This document shows, piece after piece, positions 62,831-64,000 of a stretch of DNA of 64,000 nt. Source of the stretch: an uncultured Clostridia bacterium (GTDB lineage: Bacteria; Bacillota; Clostridia; Oscillospirales; Ruminococcaceae); the NCBI GenBank assembly GCA_946545645.1, contig CAMNNQ010000161.1:4876-68875 (forward strand), read 5' to 3'. The notes beneath the pieces were generated by a model. That model did not search any database, was not told where the DNA came from, and saw only the letters and a list, made by a program, of their open reading frames with translations. The stretch's first letter is position 1. Each line of letters begins with the position of its first letter. A program made the translations under genes and the position numbers.

Positions 62831-63904
62831 TTGAAAACAGTTTCCAAGGCAGCGTTTACAGTATTTATATGTGTTGCAGCTATCGGGGCGGTATTATACG
62901 GAGAGGCGGTAAACAGATCAATAATAAATGCTGCTGAACGCTGTATAAAAATAGTTATCCCGTCCTTGTTCCTGTTTATGTCGGCAGCCGGAGCATTGGC
63001 ATCGACAGGAGCGCTTGATATCATCTCAAAGCCATTTGATTTGCTGTTTGGGAAAATACTTGCTCTGCCAAAAGGTGCATCAGCATTATTCCTTATTTCA
63101 AATCTGGCCGGATATCCTGTTGGGATGGCCATGCTTTCAAAACTATGCGAGAAAGGAAGGATCGACAAACGTTCAGCAGAAGCAATGAGCATATACAGTT
63201 TTGCAGCGGGCCCGGCATTCGTGATAAACGCTGTCGGTGTCGGGATATTTCACGATCGGGTACTGGGGTTAATACTGCTCTGTTCCACATTCTGTACGAA
63301 TATTGTATTGGCTGCGGTAATAAACAGAATTTATAAACCTAGGATCCGACCGGCAGATAATACTTGTCCAGATAATCTTTCTGAAATCTTTGTCGGAAGT
63401 GTAACCTCAGCCGGAGAGGCATTGCTCAAAATGTCGATGATGATTATCTTGTTTTCAGCTTTGTTGGCTGTTGGAGATAAAATTGGCATTTTCAGTTACC
63501 TAAGAGATTTTTTTCCTCTCAGCAGGAACGGAGAAATACTTATTAGGGCTGCAATTGAGATCACAGAGCTGTCAGGATTAAGTGAAACTGCATTAGCGGC
63601 TGCTCCGGCAGCCTGTGCAGTTCTTTCGTTCGGAGGAATATGTGTACTATTGCAGATCAAAGCATCTGTTGGAAAAACACTCTGTATAAAGCAGATGATA
63701 ATATGGCTTCCCGTCAGGTCTGCTTTAAGTATCCTGATCTCAAAACTGATGATCTTCCTGTTTATGGACAATAGTATACCGACAATTGCCTATAATGATG
63801 AAATAATCGTCGAATTAGACAATTTTATACCGTCAATTTGCTTGATTATGATGATTTTTTTATTAGTTTTGCAAAAAAGGCTAGATTTTTTTAAAAGAAT
63901 ATGA
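62831..63904 (+). CDS. ylbJ: Sporulation integral membrane protein YlbJ
   Basis: TTG start after GGGGTGA; VIPSLFLFM, LAGYPVG, AGPAFVINAVG, EITELSG, SFGGICVLLQ. Confidence 0.88.
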   Translation: MKTVSKAAFTVFICVAAIGAVLYGEAVNRSIINAAERCIKIVIPSLFLFMSAAGALASTGALDIISKPFDLLFGKILALPKGASALFLISNLAGYPVGMAMLSKLCEKGRIDKRSAEAMSIYSFAAGPAFVINAVGVGIFHDRVLGLILLCSTFCTNIVLAAVINRIYKPRIRPADNTCPDNLSEIFVGSVTSAGEALLKMSMMIILFSALLAVGDKIGIFSYLRDFFPLSRNGEILIRAAIEITELSGLSETALAAAPAACAVLSFGGICVLLQIKASVGKTLCIKQMIIWLPVRSALSILISKLMIFLFMDNSIPTIAYNDEIIVELDNFIPSICLIMMIFLLVLQKRLDFFKRI

Positions 63905-63955
63905 TATAATAAATTAGTAATAAATCATCCGGCTATTTAAAGGAGTGTTTTTACT

Positions 63956-64000
63956 ATGGCAAAGAAAAAGAACTTTTTTGGCAACGGTATCCAGCCTTCC
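63956..64000 (+). CDS. Start of a gene truncated by the window edge
   Basis: TGnTATAAT at 63902-63910, RBS AAGGAG, then ATG: MAKKKNFFGNGIQPS. Confidence 0.6.
   Translation, partial: MAKKKNFFGNGIQPS

Noticed and set aside
1-64000. CRISPR arrays, tRNA/rRNA genes, T-boxes, riboswitches, IS elements, DGR or retron components
   Set aside because: No regularly spaced repeats, cloverleaf/TpsiC signatures, transposase or reverse-transcriptase motifs seen; intergenic gaps are short and mostly explained by promoters and terminators.

Overview
Mostly core chromosome of a low-GC, sporulation-gene-bearing Clostridia-class Firmicute (the gene complement suggests a Ruminococcus-like Oscillospiraceae; this is inference). 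Blocks in order: (1) PHP phosphatase-murB-rapZ-whiA-dnaE plus a 56-aa ORF missed by the ORF track; (2) ymfF/ymfH-type M16 peptidase pair-lgt-folD; (3) rpsO-pnp-zinc-ribbon membrane protein; (4) minus-strand DUF951-prfA-sua5-coaE-SLT-M18 aminopeptidase, then spoIIGA-sigE; (5) trpS, an orphan sugar-binding lipoprotein, an AI-2E transporter and a MoxR-DUF58-transglutaminase triad; (6) spoIIIAA-AH, asp23-nusB-TsaD/Kae1 paralog-xseAB-ispA-dxs-tlyA-nadK-argR-recN; (7) thyX-tmk-DJ-1-5-formyl-THF cyclo-ligase-mltG-U32; (8) Xer-type recombinase, a lipoprotein with an internal duplication, DUF1653, EFR1 ferredoxin; (9) minus-strand yqfC-yqfD-phoH-ybeY-dgkA-era-yqzL-recO-mutS2, and ylbJ. I found no tRNA, rRNA, CRISPR array, IS element or prophage, and I cannot claim a clearly new system. 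The best leads are an apparently intact second TsaD/Kae1-like enzyme sitting where Bacillus has folD, the MoxR-DUF58-transglutaminase triad, the two-repeat pilin-head-like lipoprotein, fully overlapping bidirectional promoters (yqfC/ylbJ and xer/lipoprotein), structured rpsO and pnp leaders, and a probable CTG start for spoIIIAE. Family assignments come from motif recognition by eye; no database searches were run. Several starts were moved from the ORF track to the RBS-supported codon.
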